The notes beneath the pieces were generated by a model. That model made no database searches, was not told the DNA's origin, and saw only the letters and a program-made list of their open reading frames with translations. A stretch of 46,551 bases of DNA, from contig JBHLNT010000011.1 of assembly GCA_048941265.1 (NCBI GenBank), positions 1 through 46,551 on the forward strand, given 5' to 3'. Made by a program: the position numbers and the translations under genes. Each line of letters begins with the position of its first letter. Positions within the stretch are counted from its first letter, which is position 1. Positions 18,648 to 28,584 of the stretch are shown in pieces. The DNA comes from Promethearchaeota archaeon (GTDB lineage: Archaea > Asgardarchaeota > Lokiarchaeia > Sigyniarchaeales > SOKP01).

Positions 18648-21600
18648 ATGGTAGAAATGAGTAGGGAGATGCTGGAATATTTTGAAACAATACAGCGTAA
18701 AGTTAATCAATGTTATGATATTGCTGAAGAAGCGCGCAAGAAAGGATTTGATCCAGAATTATTTGTTGAATCACCACAAGCTAAAGATTTGGCTGGAAGA
18801 GTAGAGAAATTGGTTGGTCCTGAAGGGGTTGCTGATGTTATAAGAGACTTAAAAAATCAAGGACAAAGTGATGATGAGATTACTTTTCATATTGTATCCG
18901 ATATTTTAGATGGAAAAATCGGTAATATGGAATCGTTAGAAGTTAAAGTTGAGAGAGCCATCCGAGTAGGGTTGGCTATAAAGACAATGGGAGTCGTAAG
19001 TGCCCCTCTTGAAGGAATTTCAAAAATTAAGATTCGAAAGGATCAACAAGGAACTCAGTATTTATCATTATATTTTGCGGGTCCAATCAGAGCAGCGGGG
19101 GGTACTACAGCAGCGTTGTGTGTTCTCATTGCTGATTATGTGAGAAGAAAATCAAATATACCAAAGTATAGCGCCACTGAGGGAGAGATCGGAAGATATG
19201 TAGAAGAAGTGAAGTTATATGATAGAAGAGTACACCTGCAATATCCCTCATCAAATGATGAGATAAGGTATGCGGTTGAGCATCTACCTGTTGAGATCAA
19301 TGGAGATTCAACAGAGATTGAGGAGGTATCAGCATTTAGAGATCTTCCAAGGGTAGAAACCAATAATATCCGAGGAGGCGCTTGTCTCGTATTAAATGAT
19401 GGGATTCTCCTTAAAGCACCGAAGCTTCTTAAAATAGCTAAAAGTATGCATTTGGAGGGCTGGGATTGGTTAAGTGATTTAAAAAAAATTTCATTAAAAG
19501 AGGATAAATCTAGTGATGATCATAAAAATGATGTCATTAGTAATGTCCAAGAGAAAGCTGTGGAAGAAATAGTGCCAAATAATAAATTTGTTTCCGATAT
19601 TATAGCAGGTAGACCTGTTTTTAGCTATCCATCGATGGTGGGAGGGCATAGGATTAGATATGGGAGATCACGTAATACAGGTTTAGCCGCTGGAGGACTT
19701 CATCCAGCCACAATGGCTATATTAGATGATTTTATTGCTATAGGGACTCAACTCAGGATTGAGCGTCCTGGAAAGAGTACAAGCATTTGTCCAGTAAACA
19801 GTATTGAACCTCCAATTGTGAAATTGAAAAATGGGAATGTTATTAGTGTTTCAAGTGTTGATAAAGCACATAAGATCTTTCCTGAAATAGAAAAGATCTT
19901 ATTTTTAGGAGATATCCTTTTTGGTTTTGGAGAATTTTCTGAAAATAACCATAAATTAATTCCATCGGGCTACGTAGATGAGTGGTGGGCATTAGCATTA
20001 GAAAAAGCAGATAAGTCTCTTAAATCATTAAACGAGAAGATAAGTAAATTCATAGAAAATCCGTTTGAGAATAAACCAACTGCCGAAGAAGCAATAGAAA
20101 TCTCGAAGAATTTTAAAATCCCTCTTCATCCTGCTTATATAGATTTTTGGGGCAATATTTCGGTGGAGGAATTAGAAGAAATGAGAAATATTTTTTCTAA
20201 AAATTACTTTGGGAATTCAAATAAAGAAATTATCATAGAAAACGATAAATTCATAAAAAATCTCCTAGAAAAAGCATTTATAAAACATAAAATTAAGAAT
20301 AATAGGATCATTTTCAGTAAAGCTATGAATTACATTTATATAGCGATTTTTAACCTCGAAAATACAAATTCACCTAAACTTGAAAATAATGAAACTGTTT
20401 TTTCCTACTTTTATAAATTATCTTCAATAAAAATCAAGGATAAAGCTCCATATTTCATGGGATCTCGCATGGGACGCCCTGAAAAGTCCGAAAGAAAGAG
20501 TATGAAAGGAGTTCATACATTATTTCCATTAAGCGATAAAGTTGGGAATTCAAGATTAGTCGAAAAAGCTATAGAATTTGGCAAAGTGAAGATTGATGTA
20601 TGTCGGAAGAAATGTCCTAAATGTGGGATGGTATCCATATTTAATATTTGTCCAAAATGCAGTACTCATACAGAAGTGCATAATATTTGCGAAAATTGCA
20701 AGAAACTTTTACCTAAAGACGAGGAAGAATGCTCGAATTGTAAACGGTATGTAAAAACCTCTAGTGAAGCGATGTTTAATATAAGAGGATATGTTGACAC
20801 GGTACTGAATTCTATGAATCTACCCTTGCCAAACAAATTAAAAGGAATTTTTGGTATGACCAGCAAATACAAGATCCCAGAACCTATTGAAAAAGGCATC
20901 TTAAGAGCTAAAAATGGTGTTTTAGTGTATAAAACAGCGGAAGTTAGATATGATGCGACTGATATACCACTTACTCATTTTAAACCAAAAGAGATCGGCA
21001 CATCTATTGAAAATCTTAAAACACTTGGATATCTCAATGATTATAAGGGCGCTTCTTTAACTGATGAGAATCAAATTCTTGAATTAAAAGTTCAGGATAT
21101 ACTCCTTTCTGATGATTGTGCGAATTACTTCATTAAGGTTGCTAATTTTTTAGATGATGAGTTAGAATATTTTTATAAAATGAAGCGATTTTATAATATT
21201 AGCAAAAAAGATGATCTTATAGGGCACATGGTTGTAGGGTTAGCTCCACATACTAGCGCAGGGATAATAGGACGGATAATTGGATTTACTCCTGCACGTT
21301 CAATTTATGCCCACCCATATTGGCACGCTGCGAAACGCCGTAATTGTGATGGTGATGAGGATGGGATAATGCTCCTTTTGGATCCTCTTTTAAATTTTTC
21401 AAGACATTACTTACCTAGTAAGATCGGGGGAAGAATGGATGCTACATTAGTAATCAGTACAATTTTAGATCCAAATGAAATAGATATCGAAGCACATAAT
21501 TTAGACACTCATTTCCGATATCCATTGGAATTTTATGAAGCGACTGAACGATACGCATCCCCTTCAGAGATAGAAAACATAATGAACTTAATTAAGAAAC

Positions 21601-22103
21601 GATTAGGAACTAAAGAACAATACGAGCGAATTGGATTTAACATTCCTACCAAAGATATTAATGAAGGCCCTATAACTTCAGCCTATAAGACATATGAGTC
21701 GATGGATGATAAAGTTGATGGGCAATTGCATCTTGCAAAAATAATTAAAGCTGTTGAGGCGAAAAACGTTGCGAAAAAGATTTTATCCTCTCACTTTAAT
21801 CCAGATATTTTAGGGAATTTGCGAAAATTCGCTATACAAGAATTTAGATGCGTAAAGTGTAATGAAAAATTTAGAAGACCCCCTATTTCGAACGGAGGAA
21901 AATGTCCCACTTGTGGGAATAATGTAATTCTAACAGTAAATCGAGGTGGAATTGAAAAATATATACCACGCGCCCTTAAACTGTGTGATGAATTCGACTT
22001 AGATAGCTACACTAAACAGCGCATGGAATTAATCGAAGAATATGTAACAAGTCTAACTAATAATCCTAAAATTAAACAGCAAAAATTATCTGACTTTTTC
22101 TAA
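18648..22103 (+). CDS. polC: DNA polymerase D large subunit DP2
   Basis: YFAGPIRAAGGT, RMGRPEK, HAAKRRNCDGDED, Zn-finger CxxC clusters, C-terminal PIP box QQKLSDFF. Confidence 0.97.
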   Translation: MVEMSREMLEYFETIQRKVNQCYDIAEEARKKGFDPELFVESPQAKDLAGRVEKLVGPEGVADVIRDLKNQGQSDDEITFHIVSDILDGKIGNMESLEVKVERAIRVGLAIKTMGVVSAPLEGISKIKIRKDQQGTQYLSLYFAGPIRAAGGTTAALCVLIADYVRRKSNIPKYSATEGEIGRYVEEVKLYDRRVHLQYPSSNDEIRYAVEHLPVEINGDSTEIEEVSAFRDLPRVETNNIRGGACLVLNDGILLKAPKLLKIAKSMHLEGWDWLSDLKKISLKEDKSSDDHKNDVISNVQEKAVEEIVPNNKFVSDIIAGRPVFSYPSMVGGHRIRYGRSRNTGLAAGGLHPATMAILDDFIAIGTQLRIERPGKSTSICPVNSIEPPIVKLKNGNVISVSSVDKAHKIFPEIEKILFLGDILFGFGEFSENNHKLIPSGYVDEWWALALEKADKSLKSLNEKISKFIENPFENKPTAEEAIEISKNFKIPLHPAYIDFWGNISVEELEEMRNIFSKNYFGNSNKEIIIENDKFIKNLLEKAFIKHKIKNNRIIFSKAMNYIYIAIFNLENTNSPKLENNETVFSYFYKLSSIKIKDKAPYFMGSRMGRPEKSERKSMKGVHTLFPLSDKVGNSRLVEKAIEFGKVKIDVCRKKCPKCGMVSIFNICPKCSTHTEVHNICENCKKLLPKDEEECSNCKRYVKTSSEAMFNIRGYVDTVLNSMNLPLPNKLKGIFGMTSKYKIPEPIEKGILRAKNGVLVYKTAEVRYDATDIPLTHFKPKEIGTSIENLKTLGYLNDYKGASLTDENQILELKVQDILLSDDCANYFIKVANFLDDELEYFYKMKRFYNISKKDDLIGHMVVGLAPHTSAGIIGRIIGFTPARSIYAHPYWHAAKRRNCDGDEDGIMLLLDPLLNFSRHYLPSKIGGRMDATLVISTILDPNEIDIEAHNLDTHFRYPLEFYEATERYASPSEIENIMNLIKKRLGTKEQYERIGFNIPTKDINEGPITSAYKTYESMDDKVDGQLHLAKIIKAVEAKNVAKKILSSHFNPDILGNLRKFAIQEFRCVKCNEKFRRPPISNGGKCPTCGNNVILTVNRGGIEKYIPRALKLCDEFDLDSYTKQRMELIEEYVTSLTNNPKIKQQKLSDFF

Positions 22104-22131
22104 TAATAATTTGGACATAGAATTTTCTTTT

Positions 22132-23493
22132 TTAGATAAATCTATTACTTAAAACAGGAGAGCCGACCCTCTGATGCATTCTTCTGCCTGTTTTTCGAAA
22201 TATACCGGGTTTACTTTCTTCAGTTATTAAAGTTAAGGATTCGACCATAGTAAGAAGGTCATCTAAATCGTCAATATAATCTTGATCATTTTCAGCTCTA
22301 ATTATTTGTTCTGATAAATTTTCCAGTTCTGATCTATTTTTTTCTAAAATTTCAATTCTTTTAGCCTTCTTATCATAAACCATTTGACCTCCACCCCAAG
22401 GAGAATTATTCTGTTGATAAAGATATGTAGTAATATCTGGAGCATAAGGAAATGGATAAGTCCAGCAAGAAGCATGGGCCCATAAAATTTGTCCAGGTCT
22501 ATGATCTGCGATCTCAACAATAAGCTCATCTGAATTAATATCATTAAGATCATAAGCAACAATCAACCCTTTAGTGTTTATATCAACCTCGTCCCAGATT
22601 TTAAAGGGTTTTTTCAAGATTTCGGAAGCTGCCATTGCCAAAATTTGGCTGGAACGGTCTGGTAAGGATATTATACACGGAATCTTTATTTTAACTGCGT
22701 CCAATACACTTTTTAATCTTTCAATTCCATAATGACATAAGGAATACGAATCAGAGATATAAGCATAGCGCCCATACATGCCTTCATTTATACCATAAGG
22801 AGAAAGATGCAGCAGTATTGAACCATTAAGCACTATATGCCATCCCCGTAAATCCGTATGATCTAATGAGCGGGAATTTTTCAAAGTTAATGCTCTGTCA
22901 ATCATTCCTTTTAGTGATTTTGCCATAAATTGAATATCTTTATCTTGACTCTCTTGAATTGTTATTAAAAGTCTCTTGGTTTCATCAATGTTGCCTGTCA
23001 TTATTTTATTAAATCCTAATAAATACCTGCAAAATTCACTGGTTTCAAGTAATTCTTTCGCTCCAGATAATAGATCACAAGCATCTTGATTCAACATCAT
23101 AAATTCTAAATTCACAACCAGTTCAGAGATGATTTTTTCATCATAAGGTTTTATTTTATTTGCTCTTGATAAAAACGTAGCTGCAATGCTATGAGCACTT
23201 TCTTCGTATAATTCGTAAGCAAGATCGTATAAAGTATCAGGATCATTCGGATTTTCACGAATTTTTTTCACCAGATCCCCCCACTCATCACCAATTAATT
23301 CTCGAGTAATTTTTTCAAATAATTCAATTACATCATCCCATACAACTTCAAGGTAAAAATAACCAGGATAATCCAGAATTTCTCTAATATTGGAATATGC
23401 CTCTTGTAAATTTTGATTTTTCAGATTTTTTAAAAAAGTTTGTCTGATTTGCTTATATTCCTCTGGAAAATTTATTTTATTCTCTTTAGACAT
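22132..23493 (-). CDS. Hypothetical protein with N-terminal TPR-like helices
   Basis: 453 aa ORF; PNDPDTLYDLAYEL TPR-like pattern; alpha/beta C-terminal part. Confidence 0.65.
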   Translation of the reverse strand: MSKENKINFPEEYKQIRQTFLKNLKNQNLQEAYSNIREILDYPGYFYLEVVWDDVIELFEKITRELIGDEWGDLVKKIRENPNDPDTLYDLAYELYEESAHSIAATFLSRANKIKPYDEKIISELVVNLEFMMLNQDACDLLSGAKELLETSEFCRYLLGFNKIMTGNIDETKRLLITIQESQDKDIQFMAKSLKGMIDRALTLKNSRSLDHTDLRGWHIVLNGSILLHLSPYGINEGMYGRYAYISDSYSLCHYGIERLKSVLDAVKIKIPCIISLPDRSSQILAMAASEILKKPFKIWDEVDINTKGLIVAYDLNDINSDELIVEIADHRPGQILWAHASCWTYPFPYAPDITTYLYQQNNSPWGGGQMVYDKKAKRIEILEKNRSELENLSEQIIRAENDQDYIDDLDDLLTMVESLTLITEESKPGIFRKTGRRMHQRVGSPVLSNRFI

Positions 23494-23624
23494 TTCTATC
23501 TACTTATATTTTCAAATCACATTAAGCATTAAATTTTTTCAATTTTTATAGTAAAGATTTGTTCATTTAAAATGTTAGCAATTAATTTAGTAATATTGAA
23601 TTAGAAAAATTGGAGAATAAAGAA

Positions 23625-23804
23625 TGCAGGAGGTGGGATTTTCATGGAAATCCATCGAAATGATGGCCAACAATTTGAACCCACGAAGGACTATTCCACT
23701 CTCTCTAAGAGAGAAATACTCTCTTTGGCTAGAGCCTCAGTCTAGCGCCGGTAGTCGCATATTCGATCTGAAAAAATGGCTAGACCGTACTTGGCTACCC
23801 CTGC
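23625..23804 (-). tRNA. tRNA-Leu(GAG) with three BHB introns (23751-23780, 23699-23728, 23639-23673)
   Basis: Acceptor GCAGGGG/CTCCTGC, anticodon arm CTAGA-CTGAGGC-TCTAG, V arm GGA-ATAG-TCC, T arm GTGGG-TTCAAAT-CCCAC. Removing 30+30+35 nt gives an 85-nt cloverleaf. Confidence 0.9.
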
Positions 23805-23967
23805 GTTAAAATTTAGTACTTAATAATTGTTTTAATCTATTAAAATAGTTAAAATTTTAAATTTTTTATTAAAAGTTTTTTTAACATATTAAATGAATTA
23901 TTGAAATTTTAAATCTTTTATTCTTTATTATCTTATAACATAGAAATAATTATTTTTACGATGAATT

Positions 23968-24762
23968 ATGTCAAAATTAGATACAATTATCTTAGAAATT
24001 GAAGAATCTGAAAATTATGCGATAATTTATTTAAATCGGCCTGAACAATTAAATGCATTAAATTTTCAATTAGCAGAAGATTTTAATTCTGCATTGGAAT
24101 TGCTCTCTAAAAAAGAAACTATCCGATGTGTAGTTATCACGGGAAAGGGTAATGCGTTTTGCGCTGGAGGCGATTTAGGTGCGTTTAAAAAGGCAGAACA
24201 CCCCGATTCTTTTTTATTTGATTTGGCAACAATTTTCCATAAAGGGATAAAATTATTAAAAACCATAAATGCACCATCAATCGCAGCTATAAATGGTGCT
24301 TGTTTCGGAGTTGGACTTAGTCTAGCATGCGCTTGCGATTTAAGAATATGTTCTGAAAAAGCTAAATTTGGTGTTGCTTTTACGAGTGTTGGGCTTTCTC
24401 CAGATTCCTCACTAACCTTTCATTTACCTAAGATTGTTGGGTTGCCGATGGCTAATGAAATGGCAATTTTGAATAGAATTTTGGATGCTGAAGAAGCAAT
24501 TAAATATGGGTTAGTATCAAAAGTTGTCTCTGAAGAATCAATGATAAAAGAAGTGAAAGAAATGGTAAAAAAAATTAGTCATGGACCTACAATGGCATAT
24601 GGGAGCACAAGAAAATTATTTACAATGTCATTTTCTAATGATTTAGAATCTCAATTAAATGAGGAAATAACAAATATCAAAAAAAACGCAGCTTCAGAAG
24701 ATTTCCAAGAAGGAGTTAGTTCATTCTTAGAAAAAAGAAAGCCAAATTTCAAGGGAAGATAA
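23968..24762 (+). CDS. Enoyl-CoA hydratase/isomerase (PaaG-like)
   Basis: LNRPEQLNALN, AFCAGGDL, AAINGACFGVG, GLSPD, FLEKRKPNFKG. Confidence 0.92.
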   Translation: MSKLDTIILEIEESENYAIIYLNRPEQLNALNFQLAEDFNSALELLSKKETIRCVVITGKGNAFCAGGDLGAFKKAEHPDSFLFDLATIFHKGIKLLKTINAPSIAAINGACFGVGLSLACACDLRICSEKAKFGVAFTSVGLSPDSSLTFHLPKIVGLPMANEMAILNRILDAEEAIKYGLVSKVVSEESMIKEVKEMVKKISHGPTMAYGSTRKLFTMSFSNDLESQLNEEITNIKKNAASEDFQEGVSSFLEKRKPNFKGR

Positions 24763-24984
24763 TTTATTGAGGATATATACTGAATTGATTAACTGAGGGT
24801 TCATAAAAACTAATTTAGGAGAGTATTTACCAAGAATTTTTTTAAATTCATTAAAAATCACATTCTATCGAATCATAAAGGTTAAATTCCTATATTTTTA
24901 TTTTAAAGAGGACAAATGAATTAAATAGATTAATAAATTCTAGTTATATAAATCATATAAATCACAAAATAACGGTATTGATTC

Positions 24985-26001
24985 GTGAGTGTTGATAGAA
25001 AAAGATTAGAGGCTTTATTGAAATGGTATAAGCAAGAAGTCAGTAAGGATTTAATTGCAGCGATTATTGTAAATAGAGAAGGTTTAGTAATGGAAGCGAT
25101 CTCTGGAACTTCGGATGATAAATCAATTGATGAAGAAATTGTAGGGGGTGTGAGCGCTTTGGTTGAGCCTGTACTCAATAGAATCACAAAAGAATTCAGT
25201 TCGGGAGCTTTTGGAACGGGAACATTTGATACCGAAGATTATCGATTAATATTTTGTGAAGCTGGACCAGAATCAATTTTTGTTACAGTATTAGATAGTA
25301 TGGGTATGGTTGATCCCGTTTTTCCATATGCTTATTTGGCAGCAGAAAAAATTGCGAGAATTTTTGATGGTCGCACTGTCAGTCCTGTTATTCCTAAAAT
25401 TATTACTGAAAGAGCTGCGGCTCAAATTGAACGAAAAATAGATAAAATCCAAAAACTTAAAATTAAATCAGGAGAATATGCTTTTAAATTAATCTTAGGC
25501 GGGGACGGAGCCGTTGGTAAGACAAGTATGGTACATCGTTTTGTAGAGGATGTGTTTGATGTAGATTATAAATCAACAATTGGAACTTCAATAATGAAAA
25601 AAGAATGTACTTTTGAGGGATTAGAGTCAAAAGTTCGATTTGTCATATGGGATTTAGCAGGTCAGGCTCAATTCAAAAGGGTAAGGCAATCTTATGTTGC
25701 TAATGCAGAGGCAGGAATTTTAGTATTTGATGTGACAAGAAAAGATACTTTTGAGAATGTGAAGCTTTGGTATGATGAAACAGTAAAAGAAGCACCAGAT
25801 ATTACTTTAATTTTAGTGGGTAATAAGATTGACCTAACCGATTCAAGACAAGTTTCAAAAGAAGAAGGGGAGGCTTTGGCCAATAAATTAGGATTAAGCT
25901 ATATAGAGACATCAGCAAAAACAGGTGAGAACATAGAAGACGCCTTTCAAATGCTCGCTTTACAAATAATAAAAATCTATGTTGAAGCTGTAGAAGTATA
26001 G
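24985..26001 (+). CDS. Roadblock/LC7 domain fused to Rab-like small GTPase
   Basis: N-terminal AAIIVNREGL roadblock pattern; GDGAVGKTS, YKSTIG, WDLAGQ, NKID, ETSAK. Confidence 0.9.
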   Translation: MSVDRKRLEALLKWYKQEVSKDLIAAIIVNREGLVMEAISGTSDDKSIDEEIVGGVSALVEPVLNRITKEFSSGAFGTGTFDTEDYRLIFCEAGPESIFVTVLDSMGMVDPVFPYAYLAAEKIARIFDGRTVSPVIPKIITERAAAQIERKIDKIQKLKIKSGEYAFKLILGGDGAVGKTSMVHRFVEDVFDVDYKSTIGTSIMKKECTFEGLESKVRFVIWDLAGQAQFKRVRQSYVANAEAGILVFDVTRKDTFENVKLWYDETVKEAPDITLILVGNKIDLTDSRQVSKEEGEALANKLGLSYIETSAKTGENIEDAFQMLALQIIKIYVEAVEV

Positions 26002-26103
26002 AGCCTCTGGGGGGATTTGAACCCCCGACCGAATCATCTAATCGAATGCTTTACTCGATCAATTGATTACGAATCAATCGCTCTACCACTAAGCCACAGA
26101 GGC
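26002..26103 (-). tRNA. tRNA-Thr(CGT) with ~30-31 nt intron at the anticodon stem/variable loop junction (~26031-26061)
   Basis: GCCTCTG/CAGAGGC acceptor, U discriminator, ATTGA-TTCGTAA-TCAAT, GGGGG-TTCAAAT-CCCCC; insert has ATCA/TGAT helix and an ATCGA/TCGAT hairpin. Confidence 0.9.
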
Positions 26104-26155
26104 AATAAATATATCTTATTAATTATAAATCAAAAAGAATTTTAAATTTTTTCTA

Positions 26156-27172
26156 ATGAATAATAATCCTCAGATTGGGAATCTTGGAGAATTTAGGCTA
26201 ATAAAATTAATCGAAGATTTGGTTAAAAAAAAAACTGGAAAAAAATTGTTAAGAGATGATGCCTTTTTTTATTCTCTTAAGGATGAAGAGTTAGATAAGG
26301 ATTTAATCCTAAATTCTGATATGCTTGTATCGTCCACTGACGTCCCTCCTCAAATGAATTCTTATCAAACTGGGCGTAAATCTGTTATTATGAATATAAG
26401 TGATTTAATCGTAAAGGGCGTTATTCCAAAAGGTATTATAATATCTTTAGGGTTACCAAAGGAGCTTAAGAAAGATGATTTTAGTAATTTAATACATGGA
26501 ATTATCGATTGTTGTATGAATTTTAATCTTGATTATATTGGAGGTGATATAAATGAAACAAAGGAAATTATTATTAATCCAACTATCTTTGGCTTTAAGG
26601 GTCCCTCAGCTATAATTTTCAGAAAGGGGATGAAAACAGGTGATATATTAATTGCCAATAATAGATTTGGTTTAACTGGAGTTGGTTTTGATCTTCTTCT
26701 AAATAAAAAATCAGATTTGAAGGGACTAATTAATTATGAAAGATCTGTCATGAGTGTATTAGAACCTAATATCCCCGGAACTGAGGCATTTATTTTATCT
26801 GAACATAAATTTGCTACATCGAGTATTGATTCATCCGATGGTTTAGCAAAATCATTAATAGATTTAATGTTATCTAATCCAAATTATGGCTTTGAGATTG
26901 ATTTTAATGAAAATTTAATAGATCCCGAAGCTCTACTTTATTCTCAAGATTATAATGTTCCATTAGAGGAATTAGTGTTTAATGGGGGCGAGGAATTTAT
27001 TCATTTGTTTACAATTAAGCCAAAAAGCTTTGATGCTGTTCAAAAAAAAGTTAAGGCTAAAGGGGGGCAAATGTTTAAAATTGGAAGAGTTATATCAGAA
27101 GAAAAGATTTATTTTTTAAAGGAAAATAAGAAATTAGAGTTAAAAAGTCGTGGATTTGAACATTTTAAGTGA
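26156..27172 (+). CDS. thiL: Thiamine-monophosphate kinase
   Basis: GEFRLI, DDA, NISDL, IGGD, IDSSDGL, GGEEF, GFEHF. Confidence 0.92.
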   Translation: MNNNPQIGNLGEFRLIKLIEDLVKKKTGKKLLRDDAFFYSLKDEELDKDLILNSDMLVSSTDVPPQMNSYQTGRKSVIMNISDLIVKGVIPKGIIISLGLPKELKKDDFSNLIHGIIDCCMNFNLDYIGGDINETKEIIINPTIFGFKGPSAIIFRKGMKTGDILIANNRFGLTGVGFDLLLNKKSDLKGLINYERSVMSVLEPNIPGTEAFILSEHKFATSSIDSSDGLAKSLIDLMLSNPNYGFEIDFNENLIDPEALLYSQDYNVPLEELVFNGGEEFIHLFTIKPKSFDAVQKKVKAKGGQMFKIGRVISEEKIYFLKENKKLELKSRGFEHFK

Positions 27173-27316
27173 TTTCTTACATTAGAAGGATTCAAGCGAT
27201 TTTGTAGTTTTAAATGACACAAAAAAAGTTTTATATTATTATAGATTTACACTATTACATTTTTACTGTAAAATTTATTTTTTTATAAATTATTATATTT
27301 ATATTTCTATGCTTAA

Positions 27317-27422
27317 GGGCCATTAGCGCAGGCAGGTAGCGCAGCAGGCTTTTAACCTGAAGGTCGTGGGTTCGATACAAACTAGGAAATTCTCCTATTT
27401 TGCGAGAATCCCACATGGCCCG
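27317..27422 (+). tRNA. tRNA-Lys(TTT) with 32-nt T-loop BHB intron (27377-27408)
   Basis: GGGCCAT/ATGGCCC acceptor, CAGG-CTTTTAA-CCTG; TTCG/CGAG central helix with ATA and AAT bulges, inner TAGGA/TCCTA stem. Confidence 0.92.
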
Positions 27423-27549
27423 CGATTTTTTTTTATCATTTAGGATAGTACAGATTACAATTAATTATAAAGGAAATCGAAAATAATAAAGATCAAATTC
27501 TATTCTGTAATAATATATTTATATACGAATTCTCTCTAAGTTCTTAAAC

Positions 27550-28557
27550 ATGGATAATTCTGAATATAAGCTTCCATCTGATGAATCTGAGCAACTTTTG
27601 GTTAAATCACAAGAAAATTCTAATCCAGAATATGGATGTGAACCTGATAAAAGAGACATAGAGACTCATCTTGAATATGGAGTAATTAATCTTGATAAAC
27701 CGAGTGGACCAACTAGTCATGAAGTAGTTTCATGGGTGCGAAAAATTCTTGGAATTTCAAATGCGGGTCATGGAGGCACATTAGATCCAAAAGTCACTGG
27801 TGTGTTACCATGTGCTCTTGGGAAAGCAACACGAGTTCTCTCAGCCTTATTAACTGCTGGAAAAGAATACGTTGGTGTAATGACTCTCCATTCTATTGAA
27901 CCAAATAAAAAAATTGAATCCGTTTTTAAAGTTTTCACTGGCAAAATTTATCAGCGCCCTCCTTTGAAATCTTCAGTTGCTCGGAAATTAAGAATAAGAG
28001 AGATTTATTATCTTATTTTGTTAGAGATTAAGGACAATAGAGTATTATTCCGAGTAGGATGCGAAGCAGGAACTTATATTCGAAAATTATGTTTTGATAT
28101 AGGTGAAGCACTCTGTTCGGGTGCTCATATGCTTGAATTGAGACGGACTAAAGTAGGGAATTTTAATGAAAACACAAATTTGATTACGCTTCAAAATTTA
28201 AAAGATGCATATACTATTTATCAACAAGAGGGCGAGGAGTATTATTTAAGGAAAATAATATTTCCAATGGAAAGAATGGTAGATCATATGCCAAAAATTT
28301 TTATTAGAGATACTGCAGTAGATGCGCTATGTCATGGAGCAGATTTAGCTGCTGCTGGAGTTTGTTATATTGATGCTAGGATAAGTTCTAATATGTTAGT
28401 AGCATATATGTCCCTTAAGAAAGAACTTATCGGCTTTGGCATTGCACAGAAAAAGGCAATGGATATTTATAAAGCTAAGTCAGGTATTGTCGCTAGAACT
28501 AAAAAAATTTTTATGGAACGCGGTGTGTACCCCCGTTGGAGTGAAAAAAGCAAGTAA
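27550..28557 (+). CDS. cbf5: H/ACA pseudouridine synthase Cbf5
   Basis: LDKPSGPTSHEV, GHGGTLDP, QRPP, GTYIRKLC, PUA domain, YPRW. Confidence 0.96.
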   Translation: MDNSEYKLPSDESEQLLVKSQENSNPEYGCEPDKRDIETHLEYGVINLDKPSGPTSHEVVSWVRKILGISNAGHGGTLDPKVTGVLPCALGKATRVLSALLTAGKEYVGVMTLHSIEPNKKIESVFKVFTGKIYQRPPLKSSVARKLRIREIYYLILLEIKDNRVLFRVGCEAGTYIRKLCFDIGEALCSGAHMLELRRTKVGNFNENTNLITLQNLKDAYTIYQQEGEEYYLRKIIFPMERMVDHMPKIFIRDTAVDALCHGADLAAAGVCYIDARISSNMLVAYMSLKKELIGFGIAQKKAMDIYKAKSGIVARTKKIFMERGVYPRWSEKSK

Positions 28558-28584
28558 ATTAAGAAGATATAAAGTACTGAGATC

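Noticed and set aside
18648-22103. Inteins in DP2 (also considered for RtcB, Cdc6, NrdD, RpoB)
   Set aside because: Lengths are normal and catalytic motifs contiguous; no intein termini seen
23624-23809. 61-aa plus-strand ORF
   Set aside because: It is the antisense of the triple-intron tRNA-Leu gene
24763-24984. Possible gene remnant or sRNA in the intergenic region
   Set aside because: Only short open frames; no convincing structure or C/D boxes
27690-27730. Possible cbf5 intron as in Crenarchaeota
   Set aside because: The reading frame and DKPSGPTSHEV motif are continuous; no insertion
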